A stretch of 58,808 nucleotides of DNA, counting the filler, from Rhizaria sp. SCN 62-66 (taxonomy: Eukaryota), in assembly GCA_001724265.1 (NCBI GenBank). It is 2 parts of 2 records of this genome, joined end to end, with 100 filler letters (N's around TTAATTAATTAA, not from the genome) between each part and the next. Parts side by side here need not be neighbours in the genome. Positions count along the whole stretch, not along the records: positions 29,447 to 58,808 come from MEDY01000380.1; 1 more part is not named here. One strand, 5' to 3'. Made by a program: the position numbers and the translations under genes. The notes beneath the pieces are model-generated. The model was not told the origin of the DNA, ran no database searches, and saw only the letters and a list, made by a program, of their open reading frames with translations. How positions within the stretch are numbered: the stretch's first letter is position 1; every line of letters begins with the position of its first letter. This document shows positions 55,901 through 58,808 of this stretch, piece after piece.

Positions 55901-56626
55901 CCCCAAAGCAGCAACAGCAGCAGTAGCTACAGCGCGGCTGCGGGCTCCGCGATGGACAACAACGGCGACCACGACGATGAGCTGTTCAACAGCAACTACA
56001 ACGGCAACTACGACAATAACGACGGCAACGGCGATCCGTACGAGAACCAGTTCGGCGGCAGCGACGAAGACGCTGCTGCTGACGCCACGTCCGCGTCTGC
56101 TGCTGCTGATGACGGCAACGTGGGCGCGCCGTACGTCGCTGCGGAGGACTGCCCTCTGGTCATCTCGCCTAGTCTGGACCAGCTCGGCACGCTCTCCGCG
56201 GCGGCGCTGCGGTCCGTGCCGGGCTTCAGCATCGCGCACCCCACGTACGGCCGCATCGACTGGCTGGCTCCAGTGGACCTCAGTCTGAGCACGCCGCTGG
56301 ACCGCGTCGTGCGCATCGAGAAGCACGCGGTCGAGGTGCTCACCACGCATGAGTCCGCACTCGCGGCCGCCAACGACGACGACAACGCTAACGATCCCGA
56401 CAACAACGCGAGCGACCGCGAGCTGTTCTGGGCTGAGGGGCTTGCTCGGCCCGCCGTGGTGACGCTGTACGGGTGCTGGCCCAAGGTCAAGCCGGGGCAG
56501 GATGAGGCGGATGCGTTCCAGCGCTATGTTGCCAAGCTCAAGCTCACAAACGAGCGCGCGGGCGCCGAGTTCGAGAGCTACGACCAACAGACCGGCGCCT
56601 GGGCCTTCCGCGTTGAGTCGTTTTGA
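52954..56626 (+). CDS. NUP98: FG-nucleoporin Nup98 (stand-alone, no Nup96 fusion), ~1109 aa. Exons 52954-54294, 54483-54856, 55012-56626
   Basis: Many FG/FSFG repeats. GLEBS-like HLYALTADPALAGYCNDELHFADW at about 53450-53520. C-terminal peptidase S59 (Nucleoporin2) domain: ISPSLDQL..VPGFSI..YGRIDW..PVDL..LDRVVRI..GLARPAVVTLYGCWP..GAEFESYD..TGAWAFRVESF. Introns 54295-54482 and 54857-55011 (branch-like TTCTAAC) keep frame. The start codon is uncertain. Confidence 0.92.
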
Positions 56627-57341
56627 AATGTCTTGTAGCGATGAACAGTGATAAATGAAGTCGCCCATTGTGGTATCGTTTATATTAAGATATGCAATTG
56701 AGGAGTGTGAAAGCTACTTGGTTCGAAAGGCACTCTTCATTGCGTTCGGGAGAGAGGCAGCAGGATGTGAATGGTTATGTATTCATATTATTAAGGTTTT
56801 ATGGTCGGTCAAATTTTGTGCCGATGTGATATTATTCATACATTACGTGTTTCTATCGCACTGTTGCTTGTATATTGCTTTGGACAGGTCGTAACATTGA
56901 CATCAAGCAACAGTCCGTTTCTCGTCAAGAGGATAGCCCGATCTTTACAGACTTAGCGTTCGCGTTTTTGATCGACGAACGAAATCGTTGTGTTCATTTC
57001 AAACGAAAAAGTGTGTCAATAATTGTAATCTTTTATAATATATCTTGATGAAACCATAGTGAGGCATGCCCAAACCTTTCGTGCATCGTATCATCACCTC
57101 GTCACGTGATGCCTAACCATGACATATTGTACTTGTACACGCCTTTAATTCGTAACAAAGATTTGGAAGGCGAATGCATAACAGTTTTAACATGAGATAC
57201 TATGACATATTTGTGCTTATACTTTGTAAACTCTCCATAATCCCCTTATTTAACACTCTTTTCAAACACTTTCTCAGAACCACACAAGCAACAGAGACCA
57301 ACTAACACGAGACGCTGGTGACGGTCACCTTCCTTCGCAAG

Positions 57342-58159
57342 ATGAGCTGGCACTACTACGCGCAACCCAAGGCACCTGCGGAGCCCCCCGCAAACATCGA
57401 GTACCTGACGCGCCTTGCCAAGCCGCGCACGGTGCACAAGACGTACGCGCAGTGGGAGAAGACGCAGACCGAGTCGCTCTCCGCTACATCATCGCAGACG
57501 CAGTCCCTGCGCGATAAACCCGTGTCTAAGGACGAAGAGGCGCTGACCGCGCGGCTTGTAGCGCAGCCAAAGCACCGCGCCGGCCAGCGGCAGAAGTACA
57601 CGCCCCCGGGGCCGGACGAGTTCCACGCGCATGACCTGCCGCCGCCGGCCAACGAAGCCGTGCTGGCCAAGCTCGCGCAGCCGCTGCGCACGCGGCAGAA
57701 GTACCACATCCCGACCTACGCGCCGCCGCTGCGGCAGCCCGTCGACTTTGATATGTTCCCTCGGTCCATGCCGGAGAGGAAGCTGTCGCCGGCACGCATC
57801 CGGACGAACCAAATGTACGTCTTGCTGTCTTGCTATGCACCGAAGTTACACTACCATGGATTCATATTAACGTCGAACCTACAAATTCGTTTCAATTCTC
57901 TCTGTAGTGATATGTTTTGTTGTAGCATGTTTTGTATCATCACATCTCTCTCACTCTTGTCTTGTCTTCACCACTGTCTCGATGTCTTCAAATACGTGTT
58001 TTTCTGTCTATACGAATGCGTTCTTTTAGGAAGCAAGATGAACAAGAGCGGGTGAGGAAGTTGCGCGAGACACACGAGATGACCGTGGGCCAGGGCGATG
58101 GCACTGGTGGCGGCAGCAGGGGCCGGAGCCCCCACAAGAAGCAGTGGGGCCAAGCGTGA
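57342..58159 (+). CDS. Small basic protein (~200 aa) with repeated LAxP(K/R) motifs, THEG-like putative microtubule/ciliary protein. Exons 57342-57814 and 58030-58159
   Basis: Donor GTACGT (57815) and acceptor TTTTAG (58029) join RTNQM|KQDEQERVRKL in frame. Motifs YYAQPK, RLAKPR, RLVAQPK and KLAQPLR. Stop is TGA. Confidence 0.65.
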
Positions 58160-58808
58160 AGGCATTGACTCGAAATGAAGAGAAGATTCCGTGTTATCCT
58201 TCTCGCGATGGGTCAACTCCTACTCAAGTCCATTAGCATATCTAACGTGTAAAACTCCATGAATGGCCATACCATTCAACATTGTATCTACTGTTGATAT
58301 GGTTAAAATGTTGCACCGCTGTCAAAATCCACTCATGCGATGTCGATTGGCTGGAACGCGACCTCATGTGCACTTAGCTTTCGAGAGAATACATAACACC
58401 AAATGTGTGTGTTCATGCACAGCTTCTGCGAGCTCATCTAGAAGTATTCTACGTGCGTGACAGGCAAACTACGCAACACTGCTGGTCGCGCCTCGTTCAA
58501 CTGGTCTCGAGATGATTCTGGTGGATCTGTTTGGGTTCTGAGAACGGGTGACTTGCGAACATGACGAACATCGCAATTGGCTGTGGCAATAAATAGATGT
58601 GTCAGTTGTAAGTCCCGGCTCCTTGATGCCTTGATTCGAACTTATTTTCCGTCGCCTTGCGACCTGTTTCCATTCTTCAGCACCTCACTCTCATACGATT
58701 GATTTAACAATATACCCCCGATGTAGAGGTTTATGAAAAAACGTGTTTTCCGCGATTTTCGCGCCTTGGTGCGCACTTTTCTATTTCACTACGAGCGAAA
58801 TAGTCCAT

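Noticed and set aside
88-58460. The several hundred overlapping Arg/Pro/Ala-rich ORFs in alternative frames and on antisense strands
   Set aside because: They are shadow ORFs caused by stop-codon scarcity in very GC-rich exons. In each region one frame carries the motifs and matches the AT/GC boundaries.
58746-58765. E2F-like TTTTCCGCG / TTTTCGCGCC elements at the window end
   Set aside because: The motifs are short and the downstream gene lies outside the window, so they cannot be supported.

Overview
Gene-dense eukaryotic nuclear DNA, probably from a protist. Coding exons are very GC-rich and encode Ala-rich proteins. Intergenic DNA is short and AT-rich, and eight GT-AG introns (130-296 nt) all have GTAnG donors. 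About 14 protein genes can be supported: a partial plant At3g54190-like WD40 protein, a mitochondrial dicarboxylate/tricarboxylate carrier, a coiled-coil protein, TSR3, a 2169-aa secreted Thr/Ala-rich protein with CBM56-like modules, a small TPR-like protein, ELP5, a small single-pass membrane protein, a zf-4CXXC_R1 protein broken by an artificial 100-nt scaffold linker, a ~6220-aa low-complexity giant, adjacent NUP43 and NUP98 genes, and a small THEG-like (LAxP repeat) protein. The most striking observation is an 804-codon reading frame (10115-12529, +) interrupted by exactly three in-frame stops, all TAG. None of the 13 complete gene ends in the window uses TAG. This points to UAG recoding or editing, or to a young pseudogene. 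All family assignments come from recognising motifs by eye, not from database searches.
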